Shown here in pieces: positions 16,478-25,147 of a stretch of DNA of 33,547 nt (positions are counted from its first letter, which is position 1; every line of letters begins with the position of its first letter). The stretch lies in the NCBI GenBank assembly GCA_040902005.1, contig JBBDYA010000015.1, forward strand, positions 12,922 to 46,468. The letters are read 5' to 3'. Source of the DNA: Gemmatimonadaceae bacterium (GTDB lineage Bacteria > Gemmatimonadota > Gemmatimonadetes > Gemmatimonadales > Gemmatimonadaceae). The notes under the pieces were generated by a model. That model made no database searches. It saw nothing but the letters and a program-made list of their open reading frames with translations, and was not told the origin of the DNA. A program made the translations under genes and the position numbers.

Positions 16478-17991
16478 CGCGCGCGCTGCGGATGGCCGGC
16501 ATCGGCGGGCTCGCGCTGCTGCTGTCGGCGCACGTGGGCAGCCCGGATGTCTTCTTCTCCGGCAAGGCGGGCGCCTATGACGTGCGCGTCGTGGTCCGGC
16601 CGCCGGACGTCGTGCCCGGCGTGGCCCGCGTGACGGTGCGCACCGCCACCGACGTGGATCGCGTCTCGATCCGTCCGGTGTTCTGGCGCGCCGGGACGCG
16701 CGGCGCGCCCTCCGCCGACGAGACGCGGCGGCTGGCTGGTGACACGCGCACGTTTGGCGGTTCCGTCTGGCTCATGTCACACGGCGCGTACACGGTGGAA
16801 GTCACCATCGAGGGCGCGGACGGCACCGGATCGGTCCAGGTGCCCGTCGCATCGGTGGCGACGGGACGGCTGGCCATGGGGCCGGGGCTGGGAATCCTGC
16901 TGGCGCTCCTGGGCCTGCTGCTCGTGGCGGGCCTGCTTACCATCGTCTACAAGGGCGCGGGCGAGAGCCTGGTGGAGGTCGGTGCGCCGCTCGACGCGGC
17001 GCGACGAGCACGCGCGCGGCGCGTCACGCTGCTCGCCATCCCCGTCATCGCGCTCGTGCTCGTGGGCGGCGCGCGCTGGTGGCGCGACGTGGACCTCGAC
17101 TACCGTCGCACGATCTATCGGCCGTCGCCGCTCCTGCTTGCGCTCAGCGACGGCGTGCTGCGCGTGGAGACGTCTGATACCGTCTTTCAGCCACCGCATC
17201 GTCCCTCGGCCCTCGTTCCCGATCACGGCAAACTGATGCACCTGTTCATGGTGCGCGCCGGCGACGCGGGCGCATTCGCGCACCTGCACCCGGTGCCGGT
17301 GGACACGTCCATCATTCCGGCGATGACCACGCGCGTACCCCCGCTCCCCGCCGGGGAGTATCACGTCTATGGGGACGTCGTGCACGAAACGGGCTTCGAG
17401 CGCACGCTGGTTGGCACGATGACGCTCGACGCGCCCCGCGGCAGTCCGGCGTCGGCCGATGCGTGGCGAGCAACCGATCCGGACGACGCGTGGTTCGCGG
17501 GCGCTGCCTCGACCGTGCGCAGCAGCCGCCTCGCGGACGGTACCACGATGCACATCGAGCTGGATCCGGACAGCGCCATCGTTCCGGGGCGGGAGCTGGC
17601 CATCCGGGTCAGTGTCCTGGACGCCGCCGGCCGGCGCGCGGCGCTCCAGCCGTACCTCGGCATGAGCGCGCACGCGGTCGTCGTGCGCGTGGATGGCGCG
17701 ATCTACGTGCACCTGCATCCCATGGGGACCATCACGAACGCGGCGCAGGAGGCATTTGCCGCGCGGGACCGTGGCGATACCACCGCGCTCGGCCGATTGA
17801 TCGCCTCGGACCATGCGATGCACGCCGGCGCCGCGCCGGCGGCCGCGCCGGATACCCTCACGGCCGAGTTTCCGTATGGCTTTCCCAGCGCCGGAAACTT
17901 CCGGCTGTTCGTGCAGGTGAAGCGAAACGGGCGGATCCTCACCGGCGCCTTCGCGATTCCCGTCGCCGAGCCCACCATCACATCGCGCTGA
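16474..17991 (+). CDS. Exported, membrane-anchored His-rich metal-binding protein with PmoB-like topology
   Basis: ATGA overlap; signal peptide ending LLLSA followed by His20; beta-rich domain, two TM helices, then a duplicated domain with FAHLHP / YVHLHP, plus DHGKLMH and DHAMH; 505 aa. Confidence 0.65.
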   Translation: MTRALRMAGIGGLALLLSAHVGSPDVFFSGKAGAYDVRVVVRPPDVVPGVARVTVRTATDVDRVSIRPVFWRAGTRGAPSADETRRLAGDTRTFGGSVWLMSHGAYTVEVTIEGADGTGSVQVPVASVATGRLAMGPGLGILLALLGLLLVAGLLTIVYKGAGESLVEVGAPLDAARRARARRVTLLAIPVIALVLVGGARWWRDVDLDYRRTIYRPSPLLLALSDGVLRVETSDTVFQPPHRPSALVPDHGKLMHLFMVRAGDAGAFAHLHPVPVDTSIIPAMTTRVPPLPAGEYHVYGDVVHETGFERTLVGTMTLDAPRGSPASADAWRATDPDDAWFAGAASTVRSSRLADGTTMHIELDPDSAIVPGRELAIRVSVLDAAGRRAALQPYLGMSAHAVVVRVDGAIYVHLHPMGTITNAAQEAFAARDRGDTTALGRLIASDHAMHAGAAPAAAPDTLTAEFPYGFPSAGNFRLFVQVKRNGRILTGAFAIPVAEPTITSR

Positions 17992-17996
17992 ACGCC

Positions 17997-18698
17997 GTGT
18001 CGTCACGGCTTGTGGTCTTCATCGCGCTGGCGGGGCTGCTCGCCGCCCTGTTCGCGCGCCTTGGGGTCTGGCAGCTGGACCGCCTGGGCGAGCGTCGGGC
18101 CGTGAACGCGCGGGTCGCCGCGCGGTTCGACCTGCCGGTTGCCGACGTCGCCGATCTCGCGGGCGACAGCTCCTTTCGCCGCGTCACCATTGCCGGCGTG
18201 CCCGATCACGCGCACGAAATCCTCTACACCGGCCGGTCGCGCCATGGGTCGCCGGGCGTGCACATCCTCACGCCGATCCGCCGAGCGGACAATGACACCG
18301 CGGTGCTGATCAATCGCGGCTGGGTGTATTCCCCCGACGCCGCGAGCGCCGACCTGCCCAGATGGCGCGAAGACCGTTCGCGCTACTCGGGGTTCGTCAT
18401 GCCGCTGGGCGCTCCACCCACCAGGCAGGTCACCGGTCGGCGGGTGCGCGGCCTGTCCCACGACGCGCTGCAGGCGCTCCTGCCGTATCCGGTGGCGCGC
18501 GTGATCGTCGTGGCCGAGGATTCCGCCGGGCAGGAGGCGCCGGTGCGTCTCGATCGCCCCGCGCTCGACGATGGACCGCATCTCAGCTACGCGGTCCAGT
18601 GGTTCTCCTTCGCGGCCATCGCGGTGGTGGGCGCCGGCATCGTCGCCGCGCGCTCCCGGCAGGCGCGTCGTGGCTCGGGGAGTGCAATGGACGCGTGA
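17997..18698 (+). CDS. SURF1/Shy1 family protein
   Basis: LGVWQLDR, PGVHILTP, VLINRGWV, HLSYAVQWFSFA; TM helix at each end; GTG 5 bp after the upstream stop. Confidence 0.9.
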   Translation: MSSRLVVFIALAGLLAALFARLGVWQLDRLGERRAVNARVAARFDLPVADVADLAGDSSFRRVTIAGVPDHAHEILYTGRSRHGSPGVHILTPIRRADNDTAVLINRGWVYSPDAASADLPRWREDRSRYSGFVMPLGAPPTRQVTGRRVRGLSHDALQALLPYPVARVIVVAEDSAGQEAPVRLDRPALDDGPHLSYAVQWFSFAAIAVVGAGIVAARSRQARRGSGSAMDA

Positions 18699-18755
18699 TC
18701 CGCGTTCATCCCCGCCGCGGATAGATTAGCACTACTCACGAAACGGATAGCCATC

Positions 18756-20612
18756 ATGTCAGCCAAGCAGCTTGCCACCGAGGTCGAGGCCCGGGACGTC
18801 GCCGAGGCGGCGCGGGAAAGCGAATGGGCCGGGGCCAGTTTCGTGCGCGAACTGTTTCTCGGGCGCTTTCCGATCGGGTTGATCCATCCCTATCCGCACG
18901 AAGATCCGGACGAGCAGCGCCGCGCCGCGCCCTTCCTCGCGAAGCTCACCGCGTTCCTGCATCGCGTGGACTCCGACATGATCGACCGCACGGGGAACAT
19001 CCCGGAGTCGTACGTGCAGGAGTTGCGCGAAATGGGCGCGTTCGGCATCAAGATTCCCACGCAGTACGGCGGGCTGGGGTTGTCGTACACGAGCTATGTG
19101 AAGGCGATGGCGCTCGTGACGTCCAGGGATGGATCGCTCACGGCGCTGCTCTCGGCGCACCAGTCCATCGGCCTGCCACAGCCGCTCGCGCTCTTTGGAA
19201 GCGACGAGCAGAAGCAGAAATTCTTCCCGCGCCTGGCCAAGGGCGAGATCTCCGCGTTCGCGCTCACCGAAGTGGACGCCGGCTCCGATCCCGCGAACAT
19301 GCACGCGACCGCGACGCCCACCGACGACGGGTCCGCGTTCATCCTCGACGGCGAGAAGCTCTGGTGCACCAACGGCACGCGGGCCGACCTGTTCGTCGTG
19401 ATGGCCCGCACGCCCGACGTGGTCGTCAACGGCACGCCGCGCAAGCAGATCACCGCCTTCATCGTGGAGCGGAAGTGGCCGGGGGTGGAAATCGCGCACC
19501 GCTGTCATTTCATGGGCCTCAAGGCGATCGAGAATGGCGTGATCCGCTTCACCGGGGTGCGCGTGCCCCGCGAGAACATCCTGTGGGGTGAGGGCAAGGG
19601 ACTCAAGCTCGCGTTGATCACGCTGAACACCGGGCGCCTGACCCTTCCCGCCAGCGCCGCCGGCGGCGCGAAGGCGCTGCTCCAGGCCACCCGCTGGTGG
19701 GCCCGGGAACGCGTGCAGTGGGGCGCGCCTGTCGGCAAGCACGAGGCGGTTGCGCGCAAGGTCGGCATGATGGCGGCCAACACCTATGCGATGGAGTCGA
19801 TTTCGCGGCTCACCGTGGGCCTGGCGGAGAAGGGGGGCTACGACATCCGTCTGGAGGCCGCGATCGCCAAGATGTACAACACCGAGCACGGCTGGCGTAT
19901 CGTGGACGACGCGCTGCAGGTGCGCGGTGGCCGCGGCTACGAAACGGCCGACTCGCTGCGCGCCCGCGGCGAGGAACCAATCCCCATCGAGCGCGCGATG
20001 CGCGACTCGCGCATCAACCTGATCTTCGAGGGATCGTCCGAGATCATGCGCCTGTTCATCGCGCGCGAGGCGGTGGATCACCACTTCAAGACGGCCTTCG
20101 CGCTCGTGGACAAGAAGTCGACCGGCGCCGAGAAGGCATCGGCCTTCGGGCGCGTCATGAAGTTCTATCCCCTCTGGTATCCCTCGCGATGGGTGGGGCG
20201 CGGGCAGGTGCCGATGTCGTTCTCCGAATTCGGAAAACTGGCGAAGCACGTGCGCTACGCCGAACGCCACGCTCGCAAGCTGGGGCGGGCGATCTTTCAC
20301 GCCATGGTGCGCTACGGCCCCAAGCTGGAGCGCAAGCAGATGGTGTTGTTCCGCGCCGTGGACATTGGCGCGGAACTGTTCGCGATGGCGGCCACCTGCG
20401 CCCATGCCCACGCCGACGCGAAGCAGGGACACCCCGGCGCGATCGCGCTGGCCGACGTGTTCTGCCGGGAGGCGCGCCTGCGCATCGACCAGCTGTTCGA
20501 CACCCTGTACGGTCCCAACGACGACGCCGTCTACAAGCTCAGCCAGCAGGTGCTGAAGGGCGAGCACGCCTTTATGGAAGGCGGAATCATCCCGCTGAAG
20601 ACCGCGGACTGA
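18756..20612 (+). CDS. Acyl-CoA dehydrogenase (long, VLCAD/ACAD9-like)
   Basis: AHQSIG, SAFALTEVDAGSD, GEKLWCTNG, LNTGR, QVRGGRGY, RINLIFEGSSEI. Confidence 0.93.
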   Translation: MSAKQLATEVEARDVAEAARESEWAGASFVRELFLGRFPIGLIHPYPHEDPDEQRRAAPFLAKLTAFLHRVDSDMIDRTGNIPESYVQELREMGAFGIKIPTQYGGLGLSYTSYVKAMALVTSRDGSLTALLSAHQSIGLPQPLALFGSDEQKQKFFPRLAKGEISAFALTEVDAGSDPANMHATATPTDDGSAFILDGEKLWCTNGTRADLFVVMARTPDVVVNGTPRKQITAFIVERKWPGVEIAHRCHFMGLKAIENGVIRFTGVRVPRENILWGEGKGLKLALITLNTGRLTLPASAAGGAKALLQATRWWARERVQWGAPVGKHEAVARKVGMMAANTYAMESISRLTVGLAEKGGYDIRLEAAIAKMYNTEHGWRIVDDALQVRGGRGYETADSLRARGEEPIPIERAMRDSRINLIFEGSSEIMRLFIAREAVDHHFKTAFALVDKKSTGAEKASAFGRVMKFYPLWYPSRWVGRGQVPMSFSEFGKLAKHVRYAERHARKLGRAIFHAMVRYGPKLERKQMVLFRAVDIGAELFAMAATCAHAHADAKQGHPGAIALADVFCREARLRIDQLFDTLYGPNDDAVYKLSQQVLKGEHAFMEGGIIPLKTAD

Positions 20613-21516
20613 CGGCGGAGGGCGACGTACCGCCGCCGTCCCCGGTCTGGAGCAGGACGACCGCGGCGGCGATGAAGGCGCCGCCGATCAGCGTCGCCTG
20701 CGTCAGCGCCTGGTCCAGCAGCCACGCGGCGAGTAGCGACGTGAAGAACGGCTCCACGGTGGACACGATCGCCGTCCGCACGGAGCCGAGCGTCGCCAGT
20801 CCGCGCAGGAACAGCAGGAACGCGCCCACGGTGGAGATGAGCGCGAGCGCGATGCCCGCCAGCCACCCCACCGGCTGGAGCATGAGGAACAGTTCACCGC
20901 GCGCGGCCGCCGCCGTGCCGAGTATGATGGCGGCGCCTGCCGACATGTACGTCGCAGTGGCCACGGCGCCGTGCCCGCGCTGGAGCGCCCCGATCATCGG
21001 GATGTACACCGCATACAGCAGCGCGGCTACGAGCGCGAGCGCCACGCCCGTGGGGTGCAGCCCCGCGCCACCCGGCGCTCCGACCATCACGAAGATGCCC
21101 GCCAGGGAAAAGCCCAGTGCCAGGAGACGGCGCGGCGTAAGCGGTTCCGAATGACGCACGCGCGCGATGATCGCGACCCACGCCGGGAACGTGTAGAAGA
21201 GGAACGAGAGCGTCGCCGCCGGAATGTACCGCAGCGCACTGAGGCTCACGAAGGCGACCAGGGATTGTCCCACCCCGGCCAGCAGCAGCACGCGCAGCGA
21301 CGACCGGTCGAACCGCAGCGCCCGCGCGAAGGCGCCGATGGCGCCCAGTACCAGCGCGGCCAGCAGATAGCGCCACGTCAGCAGGTTCAGCAGCGGCGCG
21401 CCCGTGCGCGTGCCGATGGTGATGAAGATGGCGATCGCGCCGAATCCGCAGGCGCTCAACGCGACCCAGAGCGTCGCGCGCGCCGCCGCCGAGCGGGTGG
21501 CGGTCTCGTTCGTCAC
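20587..21516 (-). CDS. EamA/DMT family transporter
   Basis: About 10 TM segments in two repeats; SFLFYTFPAWV, AIVSTVEPFFT. The 3' end overlaps the convergent acyl-CoA dehydrogenase by 26 bp. Confidence 0.88.
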   Translation of the reverse strand: MTNETATRSAAARATLWVALSACGFGAIAIFITIGTRTGAPLLNLLTWRYLLAALVLGAIGAFARALRFDRSSLRVLLLAGVGQSLVAFVSLSALRYIPAATLSFLFYTFPAWVAIIARVRHSEPLTPRRLLALGFSLAGIFVMVGAPGGAGLHPTGVALALVAALLYAVYIPMIGALQRGHGAVATATYMSAGAAIILGTAAAARGELFLMLQPVGWLAGIALALISTVGAFLLFLRGLATLGSVRTAIVSTVEPFFTSLLAAWLLDQALTQATLIGGAFIAAAVVLLQTGDGGGTSPSAVSPRSSAG

Positions 21517-21520
21517 GGGC

Positions 21521-22930
21521 TCAGAGGAGGGTTCCGCTCAGAATCAACAACGCCAACATGAAGTAGATGAGCACGCCGGTGACGTCCACCAGCGTCGCCA
21601 CGAAGGGGGCGGACGCGCTCGCGGGGTCCAGCCCGAACCGGCGCAACGCGAACGGCAGCATCGAACCGATCATCGAGCCGAAGGCCACCACGCCAAGCAC
21701 CGAGATCCCCACCGTGAGCGCCAGCAGGCCGTGGTGCGCGCCATAGTCCCAGAAGCCCATCCACTGCCAGACGATGATGCGGAGGAAGCCGAGCAGCCCC
21801 AGGATGGCTCCCAGGGTGAGGCCGGTGGGCAGCTCCCGCAACGCCACCCGCCACCAGTCCTTGAGCTTCAGCTCGCCCAGCGCCATCGCGCGGATGATGA
21901 GCGACGTGGCCTGGGAGCCGGAGTTCCCGCCGGAACTCACGATGAGCGGCACGAAGAAGGACAGCACCACGGCGCTCACCAGCTCCTCATGAAATCCCTG
22001 CATCACGCTGGCCGTGATGAGCTGCCCGAAGAAGAGGAGGCAGAGCCAACCCCCGCGCTTGCGAATCATTCCCCAGAAGCCGATGGAGGTGTAGGGCTCG
22101 TCCAGCGCCTCCATGCCGCCCAGCTTCTGCATGGTCTCACCATGCACGTCCTCGAGCGCGTCGATGACGTCGTCCACCGTCACGACGCCCATGATGTGCC
22201 CGCTCTCGCTCACGACAGGCACCGCCATCAGGTCGTAATCCGCGGTGGTGCGCGCCACGGACTCGCGATCGGCGCCCGGGGGCACGCTCACGACGGCAGT
22301 CCACGCGACGTCGGTGATCCGGGCGCCCGGCGCCGCCGCCAGCAGCTCTCGCAGCGACAAGACGCCGGCCAGGCGACCATCCTCACTGGTCGCGTAGATG
22401 TTGTACGTCGCCTCGCGCCGGCCGGACCTGGCGAGCGAGCGCACCAGCTCGAGCGCTTCGTCCACCAGCAGGTGGCCCGGGACGGAGACGAACTCCGTGG
22501 TCATCAACCCGCCGGCCGTGTTGGGCCCGAATTGCCGCAGCCGCTCGGTTTCCTCGCGCGCGGCCGGGGACAGCTCGGAGACGATGTCTTCGGCGACGCC
22601 CTCGTCGATTTCCTCCAGCGCGTCCGCCCGGTCGTCCGGCGTCATCTGGGACATGAGCGCGGCCGCCAATGACGTGGGCAGCTGCTCCAGCAGCTCCGCG
22701 CGCAGGTCCTCGTCGAGGTATTCCAGCACGTCGCCGGCGCGCGCCGGCGGGAGCGCGGCCAGGAACGCAGCCACCCGGTCGCGCGGGATCAGCTCCGCGA
22801 CATCGGCGAGGTCGGCCGGATGCAGCTCCTCGGTTTCCGACGCGAGCGACTCCGGCGACTCCTCCAGCAACTCGAGGATGTCCGGCGCGACCAACGCGGC
22901 GAGCGGCTTCTCTTCCGGGGGCGGTGCCAT
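21521..22930 (-). CDS. mgtE: Magnesium transporter MgtE
   Basis: LHPADLAD N-domain, TAGGLMT plus CBS pair, SGGNSGSQA, DPASASAPFVATLVDVTG. Confidence 0.95.
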   Translation of the reverse strand: MAPPPEEKPLAALVAPDILELLEESPESLASETEELHPADLADVAELIPRDRVAAFLAALPPARAGDVLEYLDEDLRAELLEQLPTSLAAALMSQMTPDDRADALEEIDEGVAEDIVSELSPAAREETERLRQFGPNTAGGLMTTEFVSVPGHLLVDEALELVRSLARSGRREATYNIYATSEDGRLAGVLSLRELLAAAPGARITDVAWTAVVSVPPGADRESVARTTADYDLMAVPVVSESGHIMGVVTVDDVIDALEDVHGETMQKLGGMEALDEPYTSIGFWGMIRKRGGWLCLLFFGQLITASVMQGFHEELVSAVVLSFFVPLIVSSGGNSGSQATSLIIRAMALGELKLKDWWRVALRELPTGLTLGAILGLLGFLRIIVWQWMGFWDYGAHHGLLALTVGISVLGVVAFGSMIGSMLPFALRRFGLDPASASAPFVATLVDVTGVLIYFMLALLILSGTLL

Positions 22931-23024
22931 GGCAGGCCAAAGAAACGCGCCCGTTGGTGTTCGGGCAACTGCGGCACGGCATCGTTCACGGCCGGCCGGC
23001 GCCGGAAGGATTAGATTCGCGCCC

Positions 23025-23909
23025 ATGCATACGGTTGCCTTCCTCGGTCTCGGCGCGATCGGCGCGCCCATGGCCAAACGCGTCGCTGCCGCTGGATTCC
23101 CGCTGTCCGTCTTCAACCGCACCACCCAGCGCGCGGAGGCGTTCGCGCGCGACACCGGCGCACGCGTCGCGGGCTCTGCTGCCGACGCGGTGCGCGGCGT
23201 GGACATCGTCGTCACGTGCCTCTCCACGTCGGCAGACGTGGAGCAGGTGCTCGCGGGCGGGGCGGCCGACGCCATCCCGGCCGGCGCGCTCCTGCTCGAC
23301 TGCACCTCCGGCGACCCGGCCACGTCGCGCCGGATCGCGGACCGACTGGCCGCCGGACGCGTTGCGTTCGTGGACGCGCCGGTGAGCGGCGGGGTCAAGG
23401 GGGCGGTGGAGGGCACCCTCACCGTCATGTGCGGGGGTGACGCGAAGGACATCGCGCGCGCGCGCCCCGTGATCGCATCGTTCGGAAAAACGATCGTGCA
23501 TTGCGGCCCGGTGGGTGCCGGCGACGCGGTGAAGGCGATGAATCAGGCGCTGCTCGCGCTCACGATCTGGGGCACCGGCGAAGTGCTCACCGCGCTGGCC
23601 AAGTCCGGCGTGTCCGCGGACGTCGCGCTTCAGGTGATCAACGCGTCCAGCGGCCGCTCGAACGCGTCGATGAACCTGTTTCCTGAACGCGTGCTCACAC
23701 GCGCCTTTCCGCGCACCTTCCGCCTGGCGCTGATGGACAAGGACGCGCGCATCGCCGCGCAGATCGCGCGCGACGAGAAGGTGCCGGCGCCGCTCATGCA
23801 GCTCGTCGCCGATCTCTGCACGCTGGCCCACGCGGAGCTGGGTGAGGAAGCGGACCACGTGGAGGCCGTGCAAGTCATCGAGCGCTGGGCCGGGGCACGT
23901 ATCTCGTGA
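23025..23909 (+). CDS. NAD(P)-dependent oxidoreductase, 3-hydroxyisobutyrate dehydrogenase family
   Basis: VAFLGLGAIGAPMA, LLDCTS, FVDAPVSGG, GAGDAVKAMNQ. Confidence 0.9.
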   Translation: MHTVAFLGLGAIGAPMAKRVAAAGFPLSVFNRTTQRAEAFARDTGARVAGSAADAVRGVDIVVTCLSTSADVEQVLAGGAADAIPAGALLLDCTSGDPATSRRIADRLAAGRVAFVDAPVSGGVKGAVEGTLTVMCGGDAKDIARARPVIASFGKTIVHCGPVGAGDAVKAMNQALLALTIWGTGEVLTALAKSGVSADVALQVINASSGRSNASMNLFPERVLTRAFPRTFRLALMDKDARIAAQIARDEKVPAPLMQLVADLCTLAHAELGEEADHVEAVQVIERWAGARIS

Positions 23910-25147
23910 CGGACGCCGCCGCCGTCAGCGCGATCCGATCGCATTTTCCGGCGCTCGAGCGCGTGCACCGCGGCCGTCCGGTGGCCTACCTCGATGGGCC
24001 GGGCGGCACGCAGGTGCCCCGCGCCGTGGTCGAGCGGATGAACGACTACCTGTATCACCACAACGCGAACACGCACTGGGCGTATCCGACCAGCGCAGAG
24101 ACCGACGCGATGATACTCGATGCGCGTCGCGCGCTCGCGGACTTCGTCAACGGCGCGCCGGACGAGATCGCGTTCGGCGCCAACATGACGACGCTCACCT
24201 TTCACGTCGCGCGCGCGCTCGGACGCGACTGGGGGAACGGCGACGAGATCGTCGTCACGGAGCTGGATCACCATGCCAACGTCGCCCCCTGGCGTGCCCT
24301 GCAGCGCGAGCGCGACGTGCGCATCAAGGTCGCGCGGATGCGCGTGGAGGATGGCACGCTCGATCTCGACGACCTCCAGTCCCGGATCGGCCCGCGGACG
24401 CGGCTGGTCGCCATCGGGGCGGCGTCCAACGCGCTCGGCACGATGGTGGACGTCCCCCGCATCGCGGCGATGGCCCGCAGCCGCGGCGCGCTCGTCTTCG
24501 TGGATGCGGTGCACTCCGCGCCACATGCGCTGGTGGATGTCGCGGCGCTCGACGCCGATCTGCTCGCGTGCAGCGCGTACAAGTTCTACGGCCCGCACAT
24601 CGGCGTGCTCTGGGGCAAGCGGTCGCTCATCGAGCGGCTCGACGTGCCGAAGCTCGAGCCCGCGCCCAGCGACTCACCGGAGCGCCTGGAGACGGGCACG
24701 CAGAATCACGAGGGCATCGTCGGCGCCGGCGCTGCCGTGGACTTTCTTGCCTCGCTCGCCGGCGCGCCCCCCCCCCCCCCCGGCGGCGGCCGTCGCCAGG
24801 CGCTTGCCGCGGCGTATCGCGCATCGCACGCGCGCGGCATGCAGCTGTTCCGGCAGCTCTGGGATGGCCTTGGCGGCATCGCCGGCGTGCGGCGCTATGG
24901 TCCGCCACCCGACGCGCCGCGCAGCCCCACGCTGGCGTTCACGCTGCACGGGTCGTCCAGCGAGCGCGTGGCGATCGCGCTCGCGGAGCAGGGGCTGTTC
25001 GTCTCGCACGGGGACTTCTACGCGTCCACCGTGATCGACCGCCTCGGACTCGGCGACGACGGCGTCGTGCGCGTCGGGTGCAGCCTCTACACCACCGATC
25101 GTGAGATCGAGCGCGTGATCGGCGCCGTCAGGAGCATCGCCCGGTAG
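23906..25147 (+). CDS. Class-V PLP aminotransferase, cysteine desulfurase-like (VC1184-type)
   Basis: YLDGPGGTQVP, TELDHHANVAPW, FVDAVH, CSAYKFYGPH (PLP Lys), LETGT; GTGA overlap with the upstream gene. Confidence 0.9.
   Translation: MTDAAAVSAIRSHFPALERVHRGRPVAYLDGPGGTQVPRAVVERMNDYLYHHNANTHWAYPTSAETDAMILDARRALADFVNGAPDEIAFGANMTTLTFHVARALGRDWGNGDEIVVTELDHHANVAPWRALQRERDVRIKVARMRVEDGTLDLDDLQSRIGPRTRLVAIGAASNALGTMVDVPRIAAMARSRGALVFVDAVHSAPHALVDVAALDADLLACSAYKFYGPHIGVLWGKRSLIERLDVPKLEPAPSDSPERLETGTQNHEGIVGAGAAVDFLASLAGAPPPPPGGGRRQALAAAYRASHARGMQLFRQLWDGLGGIAGVRRYGPPPDAPRSPTLAFTLHGSSSERVAIALAEQGLFVSHGDFYASTVIDRLGLGDDGVVRVGCSLYTTDREIERVIGAVRSIAR
24767..24781 (+). repeat. Poly-C homopolymer (C15) within coding sequence
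   Basis: 15 consecutive C, encoding Pro5 in frame. Confidence 0.9.

Noticed and set aside
15305..17991. Calling these genes bona fide pmoCAB/amoCAB and the host a methanotroph or nitrifier
   Set aside because: Similarity is limited to motifs and topology; the PmoA GDWDFW signature and the PmoB N-domain HxH are missing; no methanol or hydroxylamine oxidation genes are in view.
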